Assembly: GCA_005804965.1 (NCBI GenBank)
Contig: SYOC01000111.1
Coordinates: forward strand, 1-59,509
Source: Pseudomonadota bacterium
Lineage (GTDB): Bacteria; Desulfobacterota; Binatia; Bin18
Length of the DNA stretch: 59,509 bases
Reading direction: 5' to 3'
Below, piece by piece: positions 1-9,367 of the stretch. A program made the translations under genes and the position numbers. The notes beneath the pieces are model-generated. The model made no database searches, was not told the DNA's origin, and saw only the letters and a list, made by a program, of their open reading frames with translations. Numbering within the stretch: position 1 is the first letter of the stretch; each line of letters begins with the position of its first letter.

Positions 1-393
1 ATCTGGAAGGAGTGGACTTCCCACTCGTCCTGGTGAACCAAGTCTTCACAAACGAAGACCGTAGCCTCGGCCTTCGTTATCTGGTCTCCAGTGATACCAC
101 CGTGTCGTTCGCGGAGCTGACCACGACCTACCATGAACGGTGGCAAGTGGAATGTTATCATAAGTCGCTCAAACAGAACGTCTCGTTGGCCAAGTCGCCG
201 ACCCAAACCGTCACCACCCAACCCAATCATTTCTTCGCCGCACAGGGCGGCTTTATCAAATTGGAGCGCTTGAAAATGGGAACCAAGCTCAATCATTTTG
301 CACTGAAGTCCAAGCTCTATCTCAACGCCCTCCACTCCGCGTTCTCTACTTTGCGTCACCTCACCTCCTTACCGCACCCCGCGTAAGGTGAGT
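1..393 (+). mobile_element. IS701-like insertion sequence, 3' end only (transposase C-terminus 12..386 plus probable right end)
   Basis: ORF has the DDE-type C-terminal signature 'YHERWQVECYHKSLKQN..LAKSPT..NHFFA..KLE.LK..LNHFALK.KLY'; GCGTAAGGTGAG overlapping the stop resembles IS701-family ends; truncated by the window edge. Confidence 0.75.
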
Positions 394-464
394 TACGAGA
401 AGAAAGTGGCGGGTATCGCTTGGTCACTCGCCTATAAGGGCGTAAAAGTGGGATCTTTGCAATG

Positions 465-917
465 TCACAGCCCCACCTTCTCTAGTGTCACCTCTGCCGA
501 CCCGAGCAGCTCTTTCACCGTGTACAGTTTGTATTCCTTCTCGTAGAAGATGTGCTTGATGCCGGTGTTGATCAGCACTTTCATGCAGTGGATGCAGGGG
601 GTGTGGGTGACATAAATCGCAGCGTCGCGAATGCTCACCCCGTTCTTAGCGGCTTGGGCAATAGCGTTAATTTCCGCGTGGATTGTGCGGTAGCAGTTTT
701 CTTCGGTCTCGCCGCTGGGGGTCTTGGATTGATAAATCAGACATCCGACCTCGGTGCAGTGTGGCAAGCCCGCCGGGGAACCATTATACCCCGTGGCCAA
801 GATGTTTTTCTCCCGCACGATCACGGCCCCGACTTTCGCGCGATTGCAGGTGGACCGTTCCGCGACTTGTCGCGTGATGGTCAGAAAATATTGGTCCCAG
901 GATAACCGCTGACTCAT
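465..917 (-). CDS. dCMP deaminase (ComEB-like cytidine/deoxycytidylate deaminase)
   Basis: RSTC..VGAV, GYNG, HAE.NA and PC..C zinc motifs. Confidence 0.92.
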   Translation of the reverse strand: MSQRLSWDQYFLTITRQVAERSTCNRAKVGAVIVREKNILATGYNGSPAGLPHCTEVGCLIYQSKTPSGETEENCYRTIHAEINAIAQAAKNGVSIRDAAIYVTHTPCIHCMKVLINTGIKHIFYEKEYKLYTVKELLGSAEVTLEKVGL

Positions 918-1942
918 GGTCGATACACAATCGTAAAAGGGTGAAGAGGGGGCATTTGCGAATCGCGATACGCGACATCCGTCATTTCGCCTTCGGGAAC
1001 CTCAAAGTGATCGGTAATGCTGATCGGCACAGGTATGAAGGTCAGTACGAATAGCCCGATGGTACACCACGCATACACGCGGCGGCGGGTGTCGAGCGGC
1101 GACCACAGGTCTTGTGTCGGTGGATGGTCCAACCCCACCAACGCAAGGAAGACTACCCAGAAAAACCATCCGGTCCAGCCTTGGAACCCGAGGAAAAGAA
1201 TCCCCACCAGTGCTAGGCGCGAGATCCAACGATGTGATGGACCAAAAAGCGAATAGGTGACGTGCCCGCCATCAAGCTGCCCGACTGGCAAAAGATTCAA
1301 AAACGTCACGAACAATCCAAACCAGCCAGCAAGAGCAATCGGGTGCAGCACGACTGTGACATCGTCGGCAGATACCTGCAACACTAAATGTGTCAACGCC
1401 GAGAACAGAAACGAGTCGCCCAGCACCAAGCCACCGTCCTCGAAGGGATTGAGTGGCCGTACTTCTGACAAGGCAAGGCCGATCATGACCGCAGGGATAG
1501 CGAGCAGTGCACCTGCCCACGGCCCAGCGGCACCGACATCGAAAAGCGCTTGGCGATTGACCGGCGGAGATTGCATACGGATGAAGGCACCGAACGTCCC
1601 GACGAGCCAGGGCGGACCGGGAATGAAGTAAGGCAGGCTGGCAGGGACACCATGATGACGCGCCAGCAAATAGTGCCCCATCTCATGAAACAAGAGAATC
1701 GACATCAGCGTGATGGCAAAAGGCAAGCCTTGCACGATTGTCTGTGGGTCAGAGAAAGGGTTCGCACCTTGTTGAAATGCACCAGCCAGGGAGGTGGTGA
1801 TGAGCGTCGCAATAAAAAGGACAAGGTGGAGCACTGGAAGCTGTCGCGGTGCCACAGAGTCTTGGACCACGGCCGGTGGCTGATAACCAATAATGGAAGA
1901 ATCCTGCGAGTCGAAAGGGTCTGGGGGCATGGGGAGCGACAT
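914..1942 (-). CDS. Site-2 protease, M50 family membrane metalloprotease
   Basis: HEMGH and NLLPVGQLDGGH motifs, multiple hydrophobic segments; 4-bp overlap with the next gene. Confidence 0.93.
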   Translation of the reverse strand: MSLPMPPDPFDSQDSSIIGYQPPAVVQDSVAPRQLPVLHLVLFIATLITTSLAGAFQQGANPFSDPQTIVQGLPFAITLMSILLFHEMGHYLLARHHGVPASLPYFIPGPPWLVGTFGAFIRMQSPPVNRQALFDVGAAGPWAGALLAIPAVMIGLALSEVRPLNPFEDGGLVLGDSFLFSALTHLVLQVSADDVTVVLHPIALAGWFGLFVTFLNLLPVGQLDGGHVTYSLFGPSHRWISRLALVGILFLGFQGWTGWFFWVVFLALVGLDHPPTQDLWSPLDTRRRVYAWCTIGLFVLTFIPVPISITDHFEVPEGEMTDVAYRDSQMPPLHPFTIVYRP

Positions 1943-1949
1943 AGGTGTC

Positions 1950-2756
1950 CTAGTGTGTAGTCAGAAAAATTGGCTGTCCTAATTGAAGCCCGAAACACTG
2001 TGCGGCTGAGCCGTTGCGTACTGCGATTTCTACGAGGCCCCAACTATTCACAATTAGGGCAGGAGCGCCAATTGCGACGCTGGCATAGGAAGCAACAACC
2101 CCGCAGATGCGCACGGTGCCAATGCTAGCCAAAAGGGCTGCGCGTGGAAAGGGGCGGAGGTCGGCCTCGGCAATGTTGGTGATGGCATTGCCGAAATGGT
2201 CGATGTGAATGATGCAGCCAGCAAGGCCGTGCATCTGCTGGCGAACCGGTGGTAAAGAGAGCCGCTCCATCGTCGGAACTTCAACGCCTAGCTGCTCGAT
2301 TGCAACCCCTCGGGCGAGGTGCGCAGCGACTGGAGCAAATACATCGCGGCCGTGAAACGTCTGGCTGCGCTGTGGAAGGAAATACTGTTCATTGGTGAGA
2401 TGGATGACGCGGACGACGTCAGACTCAGGGACAGCAAGGCTTAACACGCCATTATCCGGACCAACGAAGTACGCCTGACGGGTCTCTACGACCAGGGCGC
2501 GACGGCTGCTCCCTACACCGGGATCAATCACCACCACATGGATCGTTCCTGAAGGAAAATAGGGCACGGCACTACGCAGCAGTAGCGCCCCGGAGAGAAT
2601 ATGCTGCGGAGGCACCTCGTGGGAGAGATCGACAAGCGAGGCGGTCGGACATATCTCGAGGATGACACCTTTCATGATACCAACGAAAGCGTCACGGGTG
2701 CCGAAGTCGGTGAGAAAAGTAATGATGCGAGGATTCAGGAGGTGCTCCACGGTCAA
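1950..2756 (-). CDS. SAM hydroxide adenosyltransferase / chlorinase-fluorinase family (DUF62)
   Basis: TDFG..D, DPGVGS.RR, GPDNG, S.TFHGRD.FAP and D.FGN motifs. Confidence 0.92.
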   Translation of the reverse strand: MTVEHLLNPRIITFLTDFGTRDAFVGIMKGVILEICPTASLVDLSHEVPPQHILSGALLLRSAVPYFPSGTIHVVVIDPGVGSSRRALVVETRQAYFVGPDNGVLSLAVPESDVVRVIHLTNEQYFLPQRSQTFHGRDVFAPVAAHLARGVAIEQLGVEVPTMERLSLPPVRQQMHGLAGCIIHIDHFGNAITNIAEADLRPFPRAALLASIGTVRICGVVASYASVAIGAPALIVNSWGLVEIAVRNGSAAQCFGLQLGQPIFLTTH

Positions 2757-2761
2757 CGCAG

Positions 2762-3061
2762 CTATGTCGAAGGTGACACTGGTGTCAATTCAATGTGCAA
2801 AGTACACCCCAAGGCCGTCGCCGCTTTGCTCAAGGTCGATAACGTGACGGACGGATTATCGGGATCGAGGAGCCGATCTAAAGACGCTCGACTGGTTTTC
2901 ATCCGTTTGGCTAGGGTGTCCTTCGGCAGACGCCTCTGCCGAAGGAGGGCCAGGAGCTTATAGGCGATGACTTTCTTGATGGCCAAGGCTTGGACTTCTT
3001 CAAAGAGTCCTTCTTCTTTCAGAAAGTCTTCAAAATCACTGCCAAGATGGACAGGATTCAA
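2762..3061 (-). CDS. XRE/HigA-like antitoxin
   Basis: 'HLGSDFEDFLKEEG' N-terminus and HTH 'LAKRMKTSRASLDRLLDP..SVTL.TL.KAA.ALG'; TTG start overlaps the toxin stop, with GAGGAG upstream. Confidence 0.85.
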   Translation of the reverse strand: MNPVHLGSDFEDFLKEEGLFEEVQALAIKKVIAYKLLALLRQRRLPKDTLAKRMKTSRASLDRLLDPDNPSVTLSTLSKAATALGCTLHIELTPVSPST

Positions 3062-3411
3062 CCCATGCTCCTCTTCAGCTCGCGTAGCCGTCGTCTGGCG
3101 AGGTTGAGATCGGCCAGGGGTGTCTTTTGCGATTGTTTGATGAACCCGTGCAACGGCACGAGCCGTGTGCCGGACACTGTGAACAGGACTCGTGCTATCC
3201 GATTGCCGAGCGTTGAGCGGACTTCCCATACATCTTCCTCCAATTTACGGACAAGCGGCATCCCGATAGGCCAGAGATACTGAACTGCGAGCAGGTCGGA
3301 GCCAATGACATGTTGTTCTTCGTGAGGAAGAGACTTAATCCACTCCCGCACGGGCTCCCTGCCCGTTTCCGTCGCGAAAAACACCACACGCAACCGCAGC
3401 CCGTCGCTCAT
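3058..3411 (-). CDS. RelE/ParE (HigB, Gp49-like) toxin
   Basis: 'GREPVREW..L', 'GMPLVRKL...WEVRS', 'LHGFIK.SQKTP..DL.LA.RR'; toxin-first order; start set at MSDG. Confidence 0.88.
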   Translation of the reverse strand: MSDGLRLRVVFFATETGREPVREWIKSLPHEEQHVIGSDLLAVQYLWPIGMPLVRKLEEDVWEVRSTLGNRIARVLFTVSGTRLVPLHGFIKQSQKTPLADLNLARRRLRELKRSMG

Positions 3412-3536
3412 GATGAAAGTGTACCTTTTCTGATGCAACACTGCCAAGAGGGGCGGGGACAGAGGAGAGGGGAAATCCTTAACTGCTACACAACTGCCTC
3501 TTATTGGGAAAATTGATGGGGCTCTCCATTAAAATT

Positions 3537-3581
3537 TTCTCATCTCCTTCTCATCGGCTTCTCACAATGATGCGCTATGTT
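3537..3581 (+). promoter_or_regulatory. Three TTCTCA direct repeats at 11-bp period plus a TATGTT -10-like hexamer upstream of htrA; probable OmpR/PhoB-family response-regulator site
   Basis: TTCTCA at 3537, 3548 and 3559; TATGTT at 3576-3581. Confidence 0.6.
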
Positions 3582-3626
3582 CATTCGTATAAAGAACAGT
3601 AGACCTGAACAGATAGGAGGAGAAAG

Positions 3627-5105
3627 ATGATGAGCACAACGAAAAAAGCACTGACGGGAGCCGCAGCCGCAGCTCTCGCGATTGGCGGGTTCACGTTCGG
3701 CCGCGTGACGCACGTGGATCAAGTACAAGCTAATCCTGATGAAGCCAAAACGGCAGTGGTTGCGACCCCGTCGGGGCGAGCCTTGCCGTCGTTTGCCAGC
3801 TTGGCTGCGCAAGCCTCCCCGTCAGTCGTATTTATCAAGGCCGCAGTCGTCGAGAAGGCCGGGCAGCCCGGCCCGGGGTTTGGGTTTCCTCCGAGTCCTT
3901 TTGGCGACGAGTCGCCGTTTCCGTTCCGCCCGCCGACACCTCCGGGAGGCGGACGCCGCCAAGGCTCGGGGTCGGGCTTCATTATTCGTCAGGACGGCGT
4001 GATTCTGACTAACAATCACGTGGTCGAAGATGCGAAAGAGATTACCGTCACGTTGACCGATAAACAGGAATACCCGGCGAAAGTGCTGGGCCGCGATCCC
4101 AAAACAGATTTGGCGGTGCTGAAAATCGAGCCGAAAGGCACGTTGCCGGTTGCAAAACTCGGTGATTCCGAAAATCTTCAAGTGGGCGACTGGGTTATGG
4201 CCATCGGGAATCCTTTTGGACTCAGCAACACTGTGACGGCTGGGATTGTGAGTGCGAAAGGGCGCGTCATCGGCGCTGGCCCGTATGACGATTTCATCCA
4301 AACCGATGCGTCCATTAACCCCGGCAACTCTGGCGGCCCGCTGTTCAACGAGCGTGGCGAGGTCGTTGGCATCAACAGCGCGATCTTCAGCCGTGGCGGT
4401 GGGAACATCGGTATCGGCTTCGCCATTCCCGTTAATCTCGCCAAGCAATTGCTACCGGAACTGGAAACCAGCGGAACCGTTACCCGTGGTTGGTTAGGCG
4501 TTGCCATTCAGAAGATGACGCCTGAGCTGGCCAAATCCCTCGGAACGGAAGAGGCCCGTGGTGCGCTTGTGGCAGAAGTGACGGAAGACAGCCCGGCGGC
4601 AAAAGGTGGCATCGAACGTGGTGATGTGATCGTACGGTTCAATGGTAAGGACGTGCAAGATTCGACCTCGTTACCGAGTATTGTCGCTGCGACTCCAGTT
4701 GATAAAACTGTGCCGGTGGACGTCTTGCGTAACGGCACAGCGAAAACGATTAGTGTCACCATCGCCAAACTCAAGGATGACGAGGTTGCCAAAGCGGAAG
4801 AGGAGACAGGCGAGCAAAAAGGGAAATGGGGTCTCGCGCTGCGCGATCTCAAACCTGAAGAGCGTGAACAGATGGGTCTCAAAACTAGCGAAGGTGTGAT
4901 GGTTGGCAACGTCCAGCCCGAAAGCCCGGCAGCCGAAGCTGGCGTGCAACCCGGTGACGTGGTCTTAGAGGTCAACAAGAAGGCGGTGGCGACCGTTACC
5001 GACCTCAAAAAAGAACTCGGGAAAGCCGCGACCGATGCCCCGCTCTTGCTTTTACTGCGCCGTGCCGATGGCGGTAACCGGTTCGCCACGTTGGCTGCAA
5101 AGTAA
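3627..5105 (+). CDS. htrA: DegP/DegQ (HtrA) periplasmic serine endoprotease with two PDZ domains
   Basis: GSGFI, TNNHVV, DLAVLK and [10 protein letters not shown] motifs; two PDZ domains; N-terminal export signal; GGAGG RBS. Confidence 0.96.
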   Translation: MMSTTKKALTGAAAAALAIGGFTFGRVTHVDQVQANPDEAKTAVVATPSGRALPSFASLAAQASPSVVFIKAAVVEKAGQPGPGFGFPPSPFGDESPFPFRPPTPPGGGRRQGSGSGFIIRQDGVILTNNHVVEDAKEITVTLTDKQEYPAKVLGRDPKTDLAVLKIEPKGTLPVAKLGDSENLQVGDWVMAIGNPFGLSNTVTAGIVSAKGRVIGAGPYDDFIQTDASINPGNSGGPLFNERGEVVGINSAIFSRGGGNIGIGFAIPVNLAKQLLPELETSGTVTRGWLGVAIQKMTPELAKSLGTEEARGALVAEVTEDSPAAKGGIERGDVIVRFNGKDVQDSTSLPSIVAATPVDKTVPVDVLRNGTAKTISVTIAKLKDDEVAKAEEETGEQKGKWGLALRDLKPEEREQMGLKTSEGVMVGNVQPESPAAEAGVQPGDVVLEVNKKAVATVTDLKKELGKAATDAPLLLLLRRADGGNRFATLAAK

Positions 5106-5144
5106 TCCTGTTCCGTGCTCGTTAAGCGAGGACCGTGCCGCTGA

Positions 5145-6365
5145 TCAAGGTGCTGCGGTTTCCTCGCTTCCCCCGAAGAGCCGCGTCACCTGAACGGCGA
5201 AGATCGCTTGGTCCAAGGAATAACGACCCGGAAAAGCAGGGTTCTGACTTTGCTTGACGTGGCGATCCTCCACGTGACTTTGGCCAGCCGCCACGTGTAC
5301 TTCCCATGGCCCATGCTCGATAGTGAGGCCAGCCGGAAACAAATACGACTCGGTAAAGTCTGGTAGCGTTGGTGCCAGCGACGAGGACTTAATCGCCCAG
5401 CGCTCCCAGGAAAAACCTGTTTGGAACGTCACCCCAGGAAATAAGACAAACTGCACTCCCGCGCCTAAACGAAAGCGATCCTTCGCATCTTCAACCGCTC
5501 CTCGGTTGAGGAATTTGCGATGATCGAATTTCAGCGACGTGTCCTCGAAGGCCGAGAACTCCGCCCAGCGAGCTTGAGCAACGACGGTCAAGCGTTTCGT
5601 GACACGATAGGCGGCACCGAACTCCAAGGTCTGCGGAAATTGAAAATCCACTTTCACGTTATCGCCACGCCCGGCGACGCGGGCATTCCCGAACATAAAA
5701 ATGGTGCCTGGAGTCTTATATCCCAAACCTAGGCTCAACTTCGGAGTTGGCGTGTAGAGAATGCCCAGCGTGCCAAAAATTCCTGGGCCACGCACATCTA
5801 CGTCCAGCCGACCAACGGGTGTCGGGCTCTTGAGGCGCAAGCGGCCATACGACGGGTTAATCCCCACCCCGACATGCAACTCCGGCGTGAGCGAATAGGC
5901 CACGGATGGAGCCAACGAGAGGACAGCAAGGTCGGTGTAGAGGTTATTGAGGATGCCTCGCGCCGGGTCGGCGGGAAGATTATAGGCAAAGCCCAGCGAG
6001 CCGTAGGCACCGATGCCAACATGAAATGGTGCCCAACGGTCGGTGACATAGGCAAAGCTGGGAGCCACCGGCATTTCACGGCTGGTCTCATCGTACCCCT
6101 GAGTGTTGGCGTAGCCAGGATGGTAGCGAATTGCCAAGATACTCGTCGTGGCAGAGTTGGGGAGCAACGTTAATTGGGCAGGATTGTGAAAGAGAGCGCT
6201 GACCCCATTGAGAGGAAGCGCAACGACATTTCCAGCCAGCGAGATTTCTTGGGCGCTGGCGGCTGGCGGAACCAGTTCGCTGCCATGTGCCGGAAAAGAG
6301 ACGCTCGCTACCCCGAGTAAGAATCCCACAAGGGCCGCGCTGGCCGTCCTGCTCCACCTGCGCAT
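5145..6365 (-). CDS. FadL/OmpP1-family outer-membrane transporter for hydrophobic compounds
   Basis: Signal peptide, 'LAGN.VA......ALFHNPAQL' hatch motif, amphipathic beta strands. Confidence 0.8.
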   Translation of the reverse strand: MRRWSRTASAALVGFLLGVASVSFPAHGSELVPPAASAQEISLAGNVVALPLNGVSALFHNPAQLTLLPNSATTSILAIRYHPGYANTQGYDETSREMPVAPSFAYVTDRWAPFHVGIGAYGSLGFAYNLPADPARGILNNLYTDLAVLSLAPSVAYSLTPELHVGVGINPSYGRLRLKSPTPVGRLDVDVRGPGIFGTLGILYTPTPKLSLGLGYKTPGTIFMFGNARVAGRGDNVKVDFQFPQTLEFGAAYRVTKRLTVVAQARWAEFSAFEDTSLKFDHRKFLNRGAVEDAKDRFRLGAGVQFVLFPGVTFQTGFSWERWAIKSSSLAPTLPDFTESYLFPAGLTIEHGPWEVHVAAGQSHVEDRHVKQSQNPAFPGRYSLDQAIFAVQVTRLFGGSEETAAP

Positions 6366-6555
6366 CCTACACCGTCCTTTCCCATACTACCGTAGCCCAC
6401 ATTCGCGCGGCCTTGTTTTCTGCAGCGTCTTCCGCCGAGAAACCCGCGCACCATACCGGGGACCCTTCCAGCGATCAAGGCCGCCAGCCGTTCTCGCCTG
6501 TGCTGCTTGTGTGGTAGAGTGCGCGTCACAATTTCTGTGAAGGAGGGCTCAATTC

Positions 6556-7062
6556 ATGGCGATACAAACTGGATGGGAAGGACGCTTTTACGAAGATTTT
6601 GTTGTCGGTGATATCTACCGTTGCCGTCTCGGGCGTACAGTGACCGAGAACGATAATATCTGGTTTACCTTGCTGACCTGCAACACCAACCAAATCCATT
6701 TCAACACCGTGTATGGCAAGCAGACAGAGTTCGGCCAGTGTCTCATCAATAGTGGTCTGACGCTCGCTATTGTCGCCGGGCTGGGCGTTGCCGACGTGAG
6801 CGAGAACGGTTTTAACTTGGGCTGGGATAACGTGACGTTGCCCAATCCGGTGTATGCCGGCGATACGCTCTACTCCGAGTCCGAGGTTCTCGAAAAACGT
6901 GAGTCCAAGTCGAAACCGCAATGGGGTATCATCAAGGTGCATACCCGTGGCTACAAGCAAGACGGCACGCTGGTGGTGCAATACACTCGGAATGTGATGG
7001 TGTGGAAGCGTGCCCATGCGCCTCAACGCGACCTCTTTCCCGAGGTGAAGTCAGCGACGTAG
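6556..7062 (+). CDS. MaoC-family dehydratase
   Basis: 'GRFYEDF.VG', 'GRTVTE.DN.WFT.LT.N..QIH' and 'PV..GDTLY.ESEVL' motifs. Confidence 0.92.
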   Translation: MAIQTGWEGRFYEDFVVGDIYRCRLGRTVTENDNIWFTLLTCNTNQIHFNTVYGKQTEFGQCLINSGLTLAIVAGLGVADVSENGFNLGWDNVTLPNPVYAGDTLYSESEVLEKRESKSKPQWGIIKVHTRGYKQDGTLVVQYTRNVMVWKRAHAPQRDLFPEVKSAT

Positions 7063-7110
7063 GCATCGCAGTACGCCCACGGAGACGGGTCAGAGACCGT
7101 CTCCGCATAG

Positions 7111-7776
7111 TCACTCACTCGTACCGGGCTTGGGAAACGGCGTGCCGTACTGGTTGAACCAAGTCACCTGCTCGACTGGTGTCCGTGTCACTGGACCGAA
7201 CTTGCCCACAGGGTAACCGATCGGCAGCAGCGCATAGGTGGAGAGGAAGTCGGGAAGACTAAGAATCGTCCGTATTTCTGCTTCATATTGGCAGGTCACG
7301 CTCGTCAAAGTCGCACCAAGCCCGAGGGCGCGGCAGGCGAGGAGCATATTCTGCACGGCAGGATAAATGCTGCCACCCATAATGCGGGCGAAGTTCACGG
7401 CATTGGGCCCGGCGAGCCGTTGTTGATGAATCTTGCGCGCACGCAAGCAGGCAAACATGTGCACCGGGGCTTCGTGTAAATGTTCGGCTAAATACGCGGC
7501 CGCACGCATGTTGCCGTCAAGTTCAGCTCCTGCTTCGAGATACTGCCGCTCGGCGATGCGCCAGCCACGCCGATAGACTTCGGCGATCTGCATTTTAATC
7601 TCTGGATCGGTGACGACCACAAACCGCCACGCTTGCACGCCGCCGCCGCTGGGAGCGTGAATTCCCGCATCAAGGATTTGATAGATCAACTCTTCAGGGA
7701 CGGGATCGGGTTTGAGCCGTCGCATGCTACGGCAGGTAGACATAATATGGAAAACATCGGTGTTGGCATCCGTCAT
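7111..7776 (-). CDS. Nitroreductase family protein
   Basis: 'RSMRRLKPDPVP', 'APSG...Q.W.FVVV', 'SIYPAVQN.LLA.RALGLG', 'P.GYP'; start set at MTDA after GGAG. Confidence 0.92.
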   Translation of the reverse strand: MTDANTDVFHIMSTCRSMRRLKPDPVPEELIYQILDAGIHAPSGGGVQAWRFVVVTDPEIKMQIAEVYRRGWRIAERQYLEAGAELDGNMRAAAYLAEHLHEAPVHMFACLRARKIHQQRLAGPNAVNFARIMGGSIYPAVQNMLLACRALGLGATLTSVTCQYEAEIRTILSLPDFLSTYALLPIGYPVGKFGPVTRTPVEQVTWFNQYGTPFPKPGTSE

Positions 7777-7888
7777 GGCGTTGCGCTCTCCTCCCTTGTC
7801 AAAGTCGGATGGACCATAGCCGGTCCTCTCTTGCAGCACCAGAACCGTGCTCTCGGCTTCTTTGGGAGAAACCAGCCCAGCACCCAGC

Positions 7889-8608
7889 CTACTTCTGTAG
7901 GTTGGACCACACCAACTCGGTCAGGCTTTTAATCGGCGTGCCTTCGCCTTCATGACTGATGGCGCGCACAAGCCCGACACCTTCGGCGTACCATTCTGTG
8001 TGATGCATCCGGTAGCCTTTGGCGTTGTTTCTGTCATCGACATATTGGTTGGCCGAGACGGTTTCCACGCGCAGACAGTTGTGAAAGACGCCCGCCGGCA
8101 CGCGGACTTCTACTGGATCAATCCAGGCATGAGCCGAAGCGGTCATGGTTTGCCCGCCATTTGCTGGCCACGCATTCGTTTGCAAGCCGACCTGCCACGT
8201 CGCCGCGCCGCGATACGGGCTCGGAAGAATCTGCTCGGCCCCTTCGCCAAGCTTTGTGTCCCAGACCTTCGTTCCGTCGGAATCGAGCCAGGGATAGCGG
8301 TGCAAGAATCCATCTTTACGAAAATAAGCGACCGTGCTCTGCGCGTCTGGGGAGGCGGCGGTCAGCGGCTCGTATTGTTCCACGACGACATAGGAAGTGC
8401 TGTCAAGCAGTGGCAGGTCGTCCTGAATGACGGTCTCGGTCATGTAATAGATGTAATCCCCCGAGAACGTCACGAGGTGGGTCCACGAGTTGTGGAGCGC
8501 GAGTGGGAAGAATTCGGTCGCTTTGGGCGTGGGCCGTGGGGTAAACAACGTGATGAGTCCCCAGACTGTCAGGACTGCGGAGGCGATAGCTATAAAGACT
8601 CTTCCCAT
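7889..8608 (-). CDS. Exported or membrane-anchored beta-rich hypothetical protein
   Basis: N-terminal hydrophobic helix, 'FFPL', 'V.VPAG.F..CLRVE' and 'WYAEGVGLV' motifs typical of a family of uncharacterised exported proteins. Confidence 0.7.
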   Translation of the reverse strand: MGRVFIAIASAVLTVWGLITLFTPRPTPKATEFFPLALHNSWTHLVTFSGDYIYYMTETVIQDDLPLLDSTSYVVVEQYEPLTAASPDAQSTVAYFRKDGFLHRYPWLDSDGTKVWDTKLGEGAEQILPSPYRGAATWQVGLQTNAWPANGGQTMTASAHAWIDPVEVRVPAGVFHNCLRVETVSANQYVDDRNNAKGYRMHHTEWYAEGVGLVRAISHEGEGTPIKSLTELVWSNLQK

Positions 8609-8677
8609 GATCGGGGAGTATACTGCCCGAGTCCGAAGGGCGCAATGTGAAAAATGATAGTAGCGACGCGGCAGGTA

Positions 8678-8717
8678 TGTCATTCCGAGCCGAAGCCTCG
8701 CGCAGGCGAAGAATCTC
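8678..8717. repeat. Partial REP-like palindromic repeat (family B, TGTCATTC(C/T)GAG...GAAGAATCTC)
   Basis: Similar to the left arms of the repeats at 30701 and 34563. Confidence 0.6.
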
Positions 8718-8793
8718 AAACACCATCGTAATGATAAGCGAGTTGCCCCCCCTCCTTTTCACATAACGCTCGGTCTGGTGTCTTTCTTCTACA

Positions 8794-9363
8794 GTGACGG
8801 CAATACACGTGGCTCAACAACAAGAAGAACGGCAAGTGTTCGCAGACATCGTGACGTTGCATCAGCATGTCGTCTATCGCTACCTGCTACGCTTCACCGG
8901 CAACGTCCACGATGCGCAAGACCTTTTTCAAGATACGTTCTTACGTGCGCATCGTGCCTATGCCGCCTTGCCAGCGGATGCCGACGTGTGCGCCTGGCTC
9001 ATGCGTATCGCCATTAACCTTACGAAGAATTACATCCGTGATCGCCAACGCCGCAGGCGCGTTATGCTCGAACCTGTAGGAAAGAGGGCAGATGATGAAA
9101 TCCCAGAACCAAAAGACAATGCCGATACGGAGGGACTTATGATCTCGCGAGACATTGCACGTACCTTGCAAACTGCCATCGCCGCACTGCCTTTTCATCA
9201 GCGTGTGGCCTTCACCCAGCGACAGTTTGAAGGTCTCGAATATGCTACCATCGCTACCCATCTCGGATGTTCACAGGAGAGTGCCCGTGCTCACGTCTAT
9301 CAGGCGCTACGCAAGTTGCGCCTCGTCTTGGATGGCACCGATGCTCGGGAACAAAGAGGATAA
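8794..9363 (+). CDS. ECF RNA polymerase sigma factor
   Basis: Region 2 'DAQDLFQDTFLRA...AWL.RIA.N'; region 4 'I..LP..QR.AF......GL.Y..IA..LG.S..SAR..V..A..KLR'. Confidence 0.93.
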   Translation: MTAIHVAQQQEERQVFADIVTLHQHVVYRYLLRFTGNVHDAQDLFQDTFLRAHRAYAALPADADVCAWLMRIAINLTKNYIRDRQRRRRVMLEPVGKRADDEIPEPKDNADTEGLMISRDIARTLQTAIAALPFHQRVAFTQRQFEGLEYATIATHLGCSQESARAHVYQALRKLRLVLDGTDAREQRG

Positions 9364-9367
9364 CATC

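Noticed and set aside
1950-2756. Halogenase (fluorinase/chlorinase) biosynthetic gene
   Set aside because: It has the Asp/Arg/His features of common DUF62 SAM hydrolases and no secondary-metabolite context
9155-9367. N-terminal extension or frameshift fusion of the sigma with the anti-sigma/Ogt ORF
   Set aside because: The sigma ends cleanly at TAA 9363 and an RBS-ATG at 9368 gives a normal ZAS N-terminus; no slippery site was noticed
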